Below, one piece after another: positions 25,204 to 38,184 of a stretch of DNA of 64,000 nt (position 1 is the stretch's first letter; the number at the start of each line of letters is the position of its first letter). The translations under genes were made by a program, and so were the position numbers. The DNA is taken from positions 104,594,001-104,658,000 of the forward strand of contig OX597820.1 in NCBI GenBank assembly GCA_951406725.2. Reading direction: 5' to 3'. Below the pieces are notes generated by a model, which saw only the letters and a list, made by a program, of their open reading frames with translations, was not told the DNA's origin and did no database searches. The DNA comes from Octopus vulgaris. Its lineage: Eukaryota.

Positions 25204-26189
25204 TACTCCGAAATGCAATCCATGAACGGGATGTTCTCGTTGTTGTTCTTATTGTTGTAGACGACAACGAAATCAGCAGCAGCAGCTATGAGAATAATGA
25301 TGAAGGCAGCGAAGGCCATAATGCCGAATCTTCATAATCATTACCATGATGAAGAACTTGACGTTAACCATGTCCATGACATAAAATCGAATTGAGTGAA
25401 GTGGTACTGGTTGTAATGGTGACGATAGCAATAGCGAAGATGGTAGTGGCAGATGTGATAGAAATGGTGGCAGCGGTGATAGTGACGGAGGTGGCGGTGG
25501 TGGTGGCGGTGGCGGTGGCAGCAATGGTGGTGTCGCCTTTTCTTTCATTGTCCTCTTTTACTGTTGCCAGCGGCTCGTTAGCCGTTGTTGTTACTGCTCT
25601 AGATACCGCAGACAACTTCTTCGACTTTGAAGTAAAGCTATCATCATCATGATCATTATCATCATTGTCACTATCACCACCACCACAATCATCATCATTA
25701 TCATTATCACCATCAATAACAACAAAACAACAACAGCAGGAATAATGAAGAGCAACAACTTCGAAAACCGTTCTCAGATCCGTCGGTGTAGCTGTGAATC
25801 CATCCAATCAGGAAATTTCCAGTGTTTAGATCATTAAAATCCACACATTTACCAATTCTACTTTATCTTTTCCCTTCCATTTTCTTTTTAACTTTGATTT
25901 GTTTTATTTTATTCACTTATTTGTTTATTTAACTTTTGTCAACTTATTTTATTCACACACACATTCACACGCACACAGACATACTTATTTCTGGGGGTGG
26001 GGTGGGAGGGAGGTCGTTATTATTGTAATTTTCCTTCCCTTTTCAAAGAGCGAAGCCGCTACAGTCGATTAACAACCTACAGACTTTATCATGGCGAAAC
26101 TAACCATCATCGACATATTATGTATATGTACATAGGTTTATACATATATATTCATATATACATTTATATAGGTGCATACATATATGTAT

Positions 26190-26256
<67 letters not shown>

Positions 26257-26257
26257 G
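26190..26257. repeat. Pure (GATA)n microsatellite
   Basis: Direct inspection. Confidence 0.97.
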
Positions 26258-26408
26258 TATATGTATGTACATATACATACATATATCATATCATATAATG
26301 TATTATATTATGCTATATCATATTATATTGTCTGTCCAAATCGCTAAAACTTAACTTGTGTTTTCATAACTTCCGTGTCTCGTCTACATTGTATGGAATT
26401 TCCAGCAA

Positions 26409-26471
26409 CCGTATCTGATGTTTGTTGATAACGAAACTGCGAAAACTCCCATGTTGAGCAGTTGATAACGG
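26409..26471 (+). ncRNA. Degenerate type I hammerhead-like motif
   Basis: ccguau CUGAUGU uu GUU gau AAC GAAA CUGC..GCAG UU gauaacgg; A9 is lost and the stem I register is imperfect. Confidence 0.4.
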
Positions 26472-26899
26472 GTGACCTTCACAATTTTTCCATTTGTTTG
26501 TACTTTCAACCTTTGTACTTAATTCCTCCCCTTTTTTATATTGTGATACACCATTTAGTTTTATGTATCGTAATACTTATAATTTCGCCGTGGTATCACC
26601 CACCCTCGCTCTCTCTCTCACCTCTTTTTTTGTATTCTGTAACGTATCTCTCGGCTCAGTCCCCTTTATTAATATCTATCACCTTCCCACTTCTACTTAG
26701 TCTCTGCACTGTTCTTTTCGTTAGCTTACTTTCCAATTTAAGCTCAAACCTTACCATATACTTCGTTTTCTGTCCATTGACGCACATAAACTGTATTGTC
26801 TTGTATTGTTTTGTTTTATTGTCATCGTAAAAGACTTGCGTTTCTTATTTCTTTTTGCTGTACCAGTTACTAAGGCGTCGTTGATAAGAATTTAACCAC

Positions 26900-27785
26900 A
26901 TATATATAGGGGAAAAGTAAAAGGAAACAAAGAAAATGCACATTAGGGTAATGGCTTTTTTTTATAAAAAGAAAGATATATACATACAAATAAATTATTT
27001 GAGGTGGAATTAAGAAGTATAAAAATCATTATCATAGTAAGTCATACCAGTTTCGTCATCGCTGTTCACTGTCTTTGAATCAACACTGATTTCCAAACGG
27101 TGTTGGGTCTAATAGTACCTGAGTGAAAAGATTGCTTGCAAGGGAGATAAGCAGTCCTGAAAGTGATGCAATTAGATTAACATGATTAATAGAGTATGAA
27201 TGGTATATGGGATGTATCAGGATTAGTGGGATTATTGGTAAGTTGTGGCTGATATTTATTAATGAAAGTTGCCTCTTTATTTAGTCTTTGCTGTACTGAG
27301 GTGTTCTGGGAACATTAATAAAAATGGAAAATTAGGAAGTTTGGTTTTAAGTTCCTAACATATCTAAGTGCTCACTGAACTGTATCTATATATTGTGAGA
27401 AGCGGATTTGTTCTTTGTGAAGCGTTGTTCTTCGTCTGAGGGACATTCGTGTTTGGCCTATATAGTGGTTTTCCCCCCACCTTTTAGAGGGTTCAAAATT
27501 TTGCTTCAAACACGGTGAAATATTTAAGATAAAGTCAAATTTCACTTGTACCTCTGAAAACCTAATCTATGTGATTACCTGCTTAGGTTGCAGAAACCAC
27601 TATATAGGCCAAACACGAATGTCCCTCAGACGAAGAACAACGCTTTACAAAGAACAAATCCGCTTCTCCCAATATACACAGATACAAGTCAGTGAGCAGT
27701 ATATATCTTTGCTTTTATTTCTAAAAAGCCATTACTTTTATATCTAGTGTGCATTTTCTTCTTCTTTTTACTTTTCCCCTATATA
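26900..27785. mobile_element. Penelope-like (Neptune-type) GIY-YIG fragments arranged as a divergent fold-back
   Basis: Plus strand encodes FTCTSENLIYVITCLGCRNHYIGQTRMSLRRR; inverted copy at about 27365-27470; inverted 3' tails at both ends. Confidence 0.8.
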
Positions 27786-27879
27786 ACACTAGTAGTCTTT
27801 TTTTCTTTGAAATCTGTTTATATATATTTGCAAATCTATGAGAATTACTTAATACAGTTTTAAAGTGTAACGGTGATGT

Positions 27880-28072
27880 TTAGCACGCCGGGCGAAATGC
27901 GTAGCCGTATTTCGTCTGCCGTTACGTTCTGGGTTCAAATTCCGCTGAGGTCGACTTTGCCATTCATCCTTTCGGGGTCGATAAAGTAAGTACTAGTTAC
28001 GCACTGGGGTCGATGTAATCGACCTAATCGTTTGTCTGTCCTTGTTTAGCCCATTGTGGATAATAAAGAAAT
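27880..28072 (+). mobile_element. SINE family 1 (tRNA-derived)
   Basis: B-box-like ggttcaaattcc plus gtcgactttgcc..catcctttcggggtcgataaa body; several copies in window. Confidence 0.75.
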
Positions 28073-28124
28073 ATATTTTTTAAAAGCATGCTATGAAATC
28101 TTATATAAGGATGTTACTAACCTT

Positions 28125-28408
28125 TTTGGGGATTTGGTAGACGAAAACTGAAAGAAGTCCGTCATATATATGCACATATATTTGTGTAACTTTGTGTCTG
28201 TGTTTAGTCCCCCTCCCCCTCTTGACAACTGGTGCTGGTGTGTTTACGCATCCGTAATCTAGCGGTTCGACAAAAGAGACCGTTAGAATAAGTATTAGGC
28301 TAAGAAAGAATAAATCCTGGGGTCGATTTCTTCGACTAAAACCCTTTAAGGAGGTTCTCCAGCATAGCTGAAGTCAAATGACTGAAACAAGTAAAAGAAT
28401 AAAAGAGA

Positions 28409-28410
<2 letters not shown>
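28125..28410 (+). mobile_element. SINE family 2, 3' part
   Basis: Aligns with 57733-58140 (cttgacaac..ggggtcgatt..tccagcat..gaaacaagtaaaagaat). Confidence 0.75.
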
Positions 28411-28471
<61 letters not shown>

Positions 28472-28519
28472 TATTTATATCTCTCTTCTTTTTTTAACCT
28501 TTAAGAAGATATATATTCA

Positions 28520-28730
28520 ACATGTTGAGCAGTTAATCGCTACACATTTTTTTCTTTCCCCGTTTTTTGTTCTCTCTCCACTTTTTCTCCTCTCAACCCT
28601 TTCTGTCGAAGAGCGTAGGCTCGAAACTGCAAATACTTTTCCATTCTTCCCGAGCGTTAAACTAATAGACCTGCTTGTTGTTCCCTCACCTATCTTCGTC
28701 TTTTGTTTTCAGTAAATTTTGTTTTTTGTT
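28520..28730 (+). mobile_element. PLE-like tail repeat with a degenerate minimal hammerhead-like motif
   Basis: CUUU CUGUCGA A GAGC guag GCUC GAAAC at 28599-28627; second copy at about 36050-36225. Confidence 0.5.
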
Positions 28731-29299
28731 TGTATGTGTGCGCGTGTATTCTTTTCTTCGTTTCAGCCATGCGACTGCAGTCATGCTGGAGCAATGAAGA
28801 ACACACATATAAAAGGGTTAAAATCAATAAGAAGAAGCAGGAGTGCCATGGTATGAAATAACATCAGAAAGTTAAGAGTTGGCAAATAAATACGGGCGGG
28901 TGAATTAAAGTCGCTACTATGGTGTTCAGAGATACGATCCTTTAACCTATGTCATGTGTTACACTTGGTTCCGCAGCGGGGAAAATTCCGGACTGTGTGT
29001 TAGAAAGGGCTTACGTGCTACAGGTTAAAAGTTCACTTAAATTGGACACCGTTCGAAGAAGGGGTGTGTGCATTCATGGAATACGGAAGTAACAGGATCT
29101 AAGCAAAGGCGGCAGAAAGTGAATGCAGCAGAAAGTGAAGGCAACAGAAAGCGAAGGCAGCAGAAAGGGAAGACGGTAGAAGGCGGCAAGAGGAACAATC
29201 GAAGAAAAAATGCATTAGAATAGACAGTAGTGGTGACAGCAAGCGGCCAAGAGTGGAACGGATGCAAGAAATGAGGTAGGGAAGAGAAACAGGCAAATT

Positions 29300-29900
29300 A
29301 TAGACATCGGACGTAGAGAGTGATTTTTAGGTAGTCAATGGTGACATAGATGTCAAGAAAGTTGACTGAGGAAGAGAAAATGGTGGAAGCAAGTTCACCG
29401 TGTGTGGAAAGAATCAACGAAATCAATGAAGGTGATGAGTTGAGTGTGGGTGAGATAGCTGGCTCATGTATAATCATTTATGTACCTACCATGGTTCTGC
29501 AATAGGACCAGTCAACTGGATAAATATTTGAGCTTTTGTGGTAACCAGCAAACAAATTAGCATTACTAGAACCCACCCTAGTTCTTATATCCAAACCACG
29601 GAACTTTTGGTAAACTTTCTCACGGAAATAGAAACAATTCAAGATATAGGCACGCTCATCGAGACAGAAGAGAGGAGAGATGCTGTAGTTAATGTAATGA
29701 AATTGTCCAAGAAATGCTTGAGGGAAAAGACTATTGCAGTGTGGGATGAATAATCCACAAGGAATTAATATCCAGAATGAAGAAGAGGAGTGAAGTGCTA
29801 GGAGAAAGAAAGAATTGAAGATGTGAAGAACGTGATAAGAGACAAGACGGTGGAAGGGAATGGCAGTTGCGTGTCGATCTTCAATTCTTATACAATTTCC
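29300..29900 (-). pseudogene. Penelope-like reverse transcriptase remnant
   Basis: LLFILDINSL, ILNCFYFREKVYQKFRGLDIRTRVGSSNANLFAGY and VNFLDI resemble PLE RT motifs. Confidence 0.7.
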
Positions 29901-30133
29901 CATCTCTCAGTCTAAGGTGTTATTTCACACTATGGCTCCGTTGCTTCTCATTATCACAAAGAACATCACCTCATCTTCCGCATCAGCTACTCTTCTCTTT
30001 CTCACTCTCTCTTTCTCGCTCCCTCTTTTCTCTTTCACACGCTCCCCCCCTCTCTCTCTCTCCCACACACATACACACTCTCTTACCCCCCTCTCTCTCC
30101 TACGAATAGCGTTGCCATGTTTACATAAATATA

Positions 30134-31385
30134 GAGGGGCGTTCAATAAGTAATGCCCCTGACCCACTTCCCATTGAGGTAGAGCAACGAAACTTGGCAC
30201 AGTTATTAGTCTTTTTCTACATAGGAACCACTCAAAGTTGCGAATTTCTCCCATCATTTGATGCAGCTCTAGAGACCGTTTTTGTAGAAGACCCCAGTTT
30301 GGTCCTCCAACCACGACATGACTTCAGAAATCAAGGCTGCATCATCTGGGAAACGTTTTCCTTTCAAAAACAACTTCATGGCTGGGAAGAGGTGAAAATC
30401 AGAGGGTGCAAGGTTAGGAGATGAGTTCATAGCCATACGCCTGTGCTTCTGATCTGGCGAAACGCGAGTTGTGGACCGGAGCGTTGTCCTGCAGGAGGAG
30501 GATGCCTTTGCTGGTGTTGCCCCGCCTCTTGATTTTGATAGCTTCTCTTAATTTCCTCAAAAGTGAAGCATAATAGGCTCCTGTAATTGTGGTACCCTTT
30601 GCCAGGAAATCTGTCATCACTTCTCCGTCCTGGTCCCAGAAGACTGTGAGCATGACCTTGCCAAGCAGAGGGCTGCACCCTTGCCTTCTTTGGAGGAGGT
30701 GAGTCACGGTGCTTCCACTGTATTGACTGGGCTTTGGTCTCTGGATCATAGTGATTGACCCAGGTTTGAAAAATTTTGACTCATCTTCTTGGCACATCTC
30801 CAAATTCATCCTCGAGCACTCGATGCGTTCTTGCTTCTGGAAAGGCGTGAGCAACCTGGGAATCCATCTGGCAGACACCTTTCGCATATGCAAATGGTCA
30901 TGAATGATAGTTTCCACAGACCCGGTACTAATCTTGACCTCATGGGCTATTTGGCGAATAGTTATGCGTCGATCTTCCAAAATGGCAGCCTCAACTTGAC
31001 GGACAGATGCCTCATCAATGGCAGAGGTGGGGACCGGATCTGGGAGCTGTTTCCATAGAGTTCCGACCATGTTTGAATTCACGATGCCAGCGTTTTACAA
31101 GGTCATATGATGGGGCATCATCACCATAAGTTACTTTCATTTCATCAAAAGTCTCCCGTGGTGTGCGTCCTTTCAAATACAAAAACCGGATCACTGCTCG
31201 ACACTCAACAGGCTCCATTTCACACTTGACTCAGTTCAAACACCTGTAAATCAGAAACCACAATTAGTTCAGAGCTGTAATTTGTCACTTAATCTATAGA
31301 GATATAAATAAGTGCACATGCACAATGTCAGCTAGATCAAACAACTGCAAGTGGGTCAGGGGCATTACTTATTGAACGTCCCTCG
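30134..31385 (-). mobile_element. Near full-length mariner transposon with about 36-bp TIRs, TA flanks and frameshifted transposase
   Basis: gaggggcgttcaataagtaatgcccctgacccactt / aagtgggtcaggggcattacttattgaacgtccctcg; CRAVIRFLYLKG, KVSARWIPRLLT, LLQDNAPVH. Confidence 0.95.
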
Positions 31386-31893
31386 TACCTTACATCATTG
31401 CTACCATCCTCCCACATTGCACCATACCATGACACTCAGATATCCCTCATTTGCTACACACAAATGCAATACGTCTTTACTCCCACATAAACTTGCTACA
31501 TCACGCATAGGCACAAGCATTAGCACAAAAGTCTGTGAGTGTGTGTATGTGTATGTGTGTGTGTGCGTGCGTACGTGTGTAACTTTAAGAATAACTGTTG
31601 CAGGCAACAATACGCGAACTTTTTACTCTTTGACACAGTGTAGATTCTATTTATCATCTGTATAAATAAGAGCAAAGTGCATTTAACTACACACAGAGAC
31701 ACCAATATTTTGATTTCCTCATTAGCCCACTCATTTCTTCTTTTTTATTTCTCTCACTCTCTCTCTCTCTCTCTCATTCTCTCTTCCCCCTTTTCCCTAA
31801 CTATTCTCACTGCGACTCTGATTATATCACTTCCGGTCAAGCTATCCCACTCCTCAACTCGTTTACACAAACCCTGCTATGTAAACAAATATA

Positions 31894-32121
31894 CGAGGTG
31901 GTGCGGAAAAGTTCTTGGCTTTGGATAAAAGAAAATACAGGAGGAGCAGTTAATTATGATTTTATGTTGCATATTTCCCTCTCAGATTCACACACTTATT
32001 GCAGCGGTCCTTCAGCTTTTCTAAGCCCTGAAAAAGAACTCGGACAGTCGGGTTGTCAATCAGGCTTTTCGCGATACCCTTTTAGATGTTCCTGATACCA
32101 GGAACTTTCCATCACGCCTCG
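31894..32121. mobile_element. mariner-derived MITE
   Basis: TA-cgaggtggtgcggaaaagttcttgg ... ccaggaactttccatcacgcctcg-TA. Confidence 0.8.
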
Positions 32122-32264
32122 TAAATACGGTGTCGTTTATCTAGATCGATGAATAAAAGTCCAGTACTGAGGTAGATTCCTCTCTCTTTCCCCTTTTTTT
32201 CTAAGTGGACTGAGATGGTGATTTCGTGGATATTTGGACACGAATTGGCAGAAAATTATCTCCT

Positions 32265-32900
32265 GGTAGTGGTTGAGGGCTCGTTAGAAACGTATTGATA
32301 AGGCAATTCCAGAAATTTATGAAACTCAAAAATTTCTCAAAAATCTGGAGGCTGAAACCTAATTTCATATTTGGTCATTTTGGTCCCGAAAATAAAAAAA
32401 TTTGGCATAATTTGAGTTCAAACCACACTTGGAAAGTGGGTGGAGGGCTCATTGGAAGCGATTCATAAGGCTATAAAAATTGCAAATTTTCAACAATTTT
32501 AGGGTCTAGGGCCGAATTTCCATATGTGAGCATTTTAAGTTAAAACATAAAAACGGGTATCGGTTGGACGAAAAGAAGGTAGTTGAGACTTTGTTGGAAG
32601 TGTATTGGTAACACAATTTAGGAAACTTACGAAACTTGAATTATTTTTTTTAATCTGGGTAACTAGGGCCGAATTTCCATGTTTGAATATTTAAGACCGA
32701 AAACACACAAATTGACATGATTTGAGTTAGGTAACGATTGGAAGTTGGTTGAGGGCTCATCAGAAGCGTATTGATAAGATGATTATGAAAATTTATGGGC
32801 TCATTGGTCTGGACCTAAATCTCCATAAATCTAAGGGCCTAAACATCCTTTTCAAAGTTTGGACCCAAAACACCTAAACGGGTATAATTGGATTAAAATG
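32265..32900. repeat. Degenerate tandem repeat, about 4 units of 140-170 bp
   Basis: gagggctc..gaagcgtattgataag and ctagggccgaatttccat recur (32275, 32443, 32585, 32751). Confidence 0.7.
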
Positions 32901-33589
32901 AATAACAAATACGATTTACTACAAAAATAAGCTTAACGTCATCTTGTTAAGTAATCATCAGATGTTACACCAGTACTAGCCACATTTTTGTTTTTACAAT
33001 GACGAATTGAGGGTCTATATACATCACATAATCTTCAAAAAGGTGAGCCTACATTTTCTCATCAAGGACCAATGGATGCGACACAGTCCACATCCTCTTC
33101 AGAGTATCAACGATGTTTATCACTTAAGAAGTTTACCGTGATAAATTGGTTCTAAATTCTTAAAACTTTATTGCAACCTTCCATTCTACTGTCATCTAAG
33201 TTTCCAAGTCCTTCACCGTCAATCATTTTTCAGAAGTGGCCTGGAACTTTTATGTAATGTCGGAGTGATACTTAGCCAGTGTTCAGATACATGTTGATTG
33301 TGGAATCGAGGAAAATTTTCAAAAACAAAAATGTGAAGATCTGTGCCCTTACTGAGCCAGCTTATGAATGACGGAAAAGGACATTCCAGCCATGACCTTA
33401 CTGTTTTTTTACCCGTTGATAGGACTGTCTTTTACTCGTTCATGGTTTATATAGTATAAACCAATGCGACCTTCTATTGTTCTTATTTTAGGATAGTAGG
33501 GTTTCAGTTGCGAGACATTTGGCTGGTGTTTCTAGTAGATCCAGTGACCACTCAGAGTTTACTCAGTTTTTTGATGATTGTGTTTAGTT

Positions 33590-34021
33590 GGCGGCGGCGA
33601 CGGTGGTGATGGTTGTGATGGTCTTTTATACACAGTAGTGGTGGTAGTGATTATAATGAGTGGCTTTAGTGATGGAATTGTAATGGTGACGGAATGGTTG
33701 TGGAGGTGACGATGGTGATGATGGTAGTGGTAGTGGTAGTGGTGGTGGAAGTGGTAGTAGGAGTAGTTGTAGCAGCAGTGGTTGTAGACACACTCGTGTA
33801 GGCACGGTTTGCCTTCCTGGTAGACACTCCCAGTCTACGTTCGTGGCAAAAACGGTGGCGGAGGGGCGAAGGTGTTGGTCGTAGTGAGGGGTATTGCAGC
33901 TGGTACTGGTGGTGCAGCAGCGTAGTTGTGGTGTTTCTGTTGAAGAAGGGCGTGGTGATGAAATGTTCTGACGAAATAAGGGGCCAAACCACAATTATAC
34001 TAATGTATTCCGCGTTTTTTA

Positions 34022-34076
<55 letters not shown>

Positions 34077-34560
34077 GGTGGTGGTGGTGGTGGTGGTTGT
34101 GGTTGTGGTGGTTGTGGGTGGTGGTGGTCGTCGTCGTCATAGTCGTACCGTGGTAAGAGAAACGACTGAGGGGGAAAATAATTGGGGAAATGATGGGATG
34201 CGTAGGAATATGGTAACATCACATATAATGATTTGAAAACGGACGATAAAAATTGAGGCAATCGCGAGGCAGTGGGGGGAGGAAGAGGAGGAGGGGTGAA
34301 GGGGAGGGGAGGGCAGGAAGAAGAAGAAGAAGAAGAAGAGGAGGAGGAGGAGGGGGAAAAGAACAACAACAACAACAACTACGACGACGACGATGACAGC
34401 AACAACATCAGTAACAGCAGCAACAAGAAAGAAAATAAAATGAAGGATTAACAACTACAACAACAAGCTGAATCACATAAATGACAGCTATTATGATGAC
34501 GAAGATGACGCACAATCATAATGATGACAATGACAAGAAAGTCAGTGCCGACGCTGCCAA
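33590..34560. repeat. Trinucleotide low-complexity tract (GGT, GTT, GAA, CAA)
   Basis: Direct inspection. Confidence 0.9.
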
Positions 34561-35132
34561 TAACGATGAAGATAGCAGGAACAGCATAAGAACCACGAAA
34601 GCTGTAAGAAAACGAGAAGTAATCTAAAAAAACAAGCAACAATAACAAGAATAATTATATAAAACAAAGATTAGGAGAATGGTCCAGAATAAGCACAGGA
34701 ACATGAACAAAAGAGACCACAGAAAGAAAATGAGAATTACAGCAAAAATAAAGAAAAATTATAGATATGGGTTTAGTAAAACTACGACAAAAAGAAAAAG
34801 AAAAATAAGTAAAGGAGTAATAGAAACAAAAAGCAACATTTAAAAAAAATATATATCATTATGAAAGTGATCTCAGAATTCCAGATACAAAGGTGGTAAA
34901 TGGAAGGAAATAATGAAATAAGACAATAAATAAAAAAATAAACAAAAATATGAAAGAACTAAAGCAAAAAAAGGAAAGAATGGAAAAGAAATTTACATAG
35001 ACTTCCTTCTGAATTAGGAATTGTTTCAAAGTTAGAAATGTTTTAAATATCGGTGTACTAAGCAATGTTAAACTCATTCATTTCCCTTGTCTTTTTTTTT
35101 TCTTTACAGTCTGAAACATATATATATATATA

Positions 35133-35529
35133 CTAGCAGTATCGCCCGGCGTTGCTCGGGTTTGTAAGGGAAATAACTATATAAGCATTTTTAGAGATGT
35201 AAAGTATAATAGCCATCTCAATATGGCTAACCACAAAGAGGGGGTGTTACTGTAGCTTTTTACGTTCTGAGATTTAATAATACATTTTTAGAGAGTTACT
35301 TCCCTTATATAATAACAAAAAAAAATGCATTAACAATGGGAAAAAATTATGGTAATTTTTTTTTAAATCGTAGACTCATCGTAGACGCGCGCTAATACCA
35401 AGAAGGGCTCGATATGAATCACGACTATAAGATACCCGCTTTTGGTTACACTGCACCGCAAAATGTGGAAGTAGTTAGGAATCTAAATCGTAGGAGACAG
35501 ACACACAACTTCACTTTTATATATAAAGA
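35133..35529 (-). mobile_element. Non-autonomous Helitron-like element
   Basis: Reverse-complement relative of 11984-12249: TC start, cccgagcaacgccggg hairpin, CTAG end. Confidence 0.82.
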
Positions 35530-36193
35530 TATACATACATATGACTAGTTTTATATTTATATGCATGTGTGTGTGTATGTAGAGACATATATATATGTAT
35601 ATATATATTTATGTGTGTGTGTGTGTGTGTGTGTGTCTGTGTCTGTGTCGATACATACATATACACATACACGTGTGTGTATATGTATGTATGGACATAT
35701 GTATATATACACCCCACCACACTTGCTTTACCCACTCTCGCCTCCCCCACCTCCCAACACCATCACACCACACCACACACCACAACACCTTACACCACCA
35801 TACCACACAACACATCAGATCACAACACACCACCACGCACATCAGCACTGACCACTTCCCAGACCCACATTTCACACCTACACATACACACACACACGTC
35901 AAGGTCATCAGCTCTCTTCCACACCCACATACAAACTCTCTTATACACACGCACGCGCACCTTCGTTTTTGGGATCACCACTACTTTATTATCTTCCCTT
36001 CTCCCATGCTCTCCTGTGTGACCCTTCTGTCCGGCATTCGCCATGATAGATCGCTAGCCACTACACATTCTTTATTTTCTCTCCTTGTTTCTTTCTGTGT
36101 TCCTTTCTCTGGAAGAGCGTAGGCTCAAAACGACTTTTTCACTCCCGAACGTTATACTAATACATCTGTTTGTTGTCTACACCACCTGTCTTC

Positions 36194-36234
36194 GTCTTTT
36201 GTTTTTTTTTTGTGAATTCTCCCTATACATATAT

Positions 36235-36271
<37 letters not shown>

Positions 36272-36361
36272 GTCAAGGTATATATTACTCGTGGTAGAAT
36301 GTTACCGTCGGTTTATACATATGTATATATGTATATATGTAAATATATATATATGTATATA

Positions 36362-36438
<77 letters not shown>

Positions 36439-36652
36439 ATAATAATAATAATAATATTATTAGGGAATAAATCCAAACTTACAGGGAAAAATTAGATTTA
36501 GGATTAAATCCAACTTTATAGTATAAATATATTATATTATATTAAATTAGAGATAAAACCACTATTAGGCAAATCAAACAGTGAAAAACATAAGCCAATA
36601 CATAAAATTGTCTTTGTCTTTTTTTTTTTGTGAATTCTCCCTATACATATAT

Positions 36653-36689
<37 letters not shown>

Positions 36690-36777
36690 GTCAAGGTATA
36701 TATTACTCGTGGTAGAATGTTACCGTCGGTTTATACATATGTATATATGTATATATGTAAATATATATATGTATATA

Positions 36778-36854
<77 letters not shown>

Positions 36855-37034
36855 ATTATAATAATAATAATAATAATAATATTATTAGGGAATAAATCCA
36901 AACTTACAGGGAAAAATTAGATTTAGGATTAAATCCAACTTTATAGTATAAATATATTATATTATATTAAATTAGAGATAAAACCACTATTAGGCAAATC
37001 AAACAGTGAAAAACATAAGCCAATACATAAAATT
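36194..37034. repeat. Near-perfect tandem duplication of about 420 bp
   Basis: 36194-36609 is repeated at 36610-37034, differing mainly in microsatellite length. Confidence 0.9.
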
Positions 37035-37544
37035 AATTTTAAAATATAAAAGTTAAAAATAAAAAATTATTTAAATAATTTAAACTTATAAATTTTATAT
37101 ATATATACAAATATATATATATGTATATATGTATATTTTTATATTTATATATTATTTTATTTATTAATTAATTAACTAATTTTTTTATTTTTTATTAAAA
37201 AATTTTTTTTTTAATTTTATTTTTTAAATATCAAAAGTATTAAAAGTTTAATAAAAGATATATATATATATATATATATTAGAAGAAATGAGGTACTCAG
37301 AAAATCGGATGGTTTATATTTACAGATATTTATTTGTATATTACATTTTTTATACATCATATAACTTAGATCATGTATTAGCGCTTTCTCTCATTCTAGT
37401 GGGGTTTTCAAATCAACCTAAGTTCCTGTGTGAAAAGTTTTGACTATTTTATAGTGATATTGAGTTTGTAGTGGTGGGGAGGAATATAAGACAGTACAAG
37501 AGGGTGATGGATGAGGAGAAAGTGAGAGAGAGAGAGCATGCGCG

Positions 37545-37815
37545 CGTGTGCTATAGCCTCAGGCCGACCAAAGCCTTGTGAGTGGATTTCGTACATGGAA
37601 ACTGAAAGAGGACTGTCGTATATATTTGTGTGTGTGTGTGTGTTTGTATCCCCATCATCGCTTGACAACCGATGTTGGTGTGCTTACGTCCTCGTTACTT
37701 AGCTCAAAGACACTGATAGAATACGTACTAGGCTTATAAAGAATAAATCCTGGGGTCGATTCCTTCGACTAAAGGCGGTGCTCCAGCATGGCCGTAGCAA
37801 GTAAAACAATAAAAA
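37545..37815 (+). mobile_element. SINE family 2 copy
   Basis: ccgaccaaagccttgtgagtggattt..cttgacaaccgatgttggtgtg..ggggtcgatt..ctccagcatggcc. Confidence 0.75.
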
Positions 37816-38104
37816 AACTAAGCTATTTTGATACCGAGCAACGCCGGGTATCTCTGCTAGTTTTTATATAAATTATATAATCAAAAATCCTTGTCGACTC
37901 TCCAGATACGTAACCTGGTAACTCCTTCCATGATGGGAACTCTGTCACTAATCCAGTGATATTACGTACAACATTTATACGTCTCTGAAGATTTGGCAAT
38001 ACACTTTGATTATATAATTTCTATCATATATCCGAAACTTTATGTAACGTAGAACCAAGTCCAAATATTATGACACACTCTCACATACACACATACGTGT
38101 CTTT

Positions 38105-38151
<47 letters not shown>

Positions 38152-38184
38152 CGGACTTTGAACATTTTTATGTGTCTTTTTTTC

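Noticed and set aside
25273-25837. Poly-Pro/Thr/Asp ORFs (also 33.6-34.6, 41.3-42.0, 56.9-57.2 and 60.5 kb)
   Set aside because: Trinucleotide low-complexity tracts with no domain or splice evidence
27040-27130. GAAACUGGUA in the PLE tail as a hammerhead half
   Set aside because: No CUGANGA or UUGANAA core found upstream on that strand
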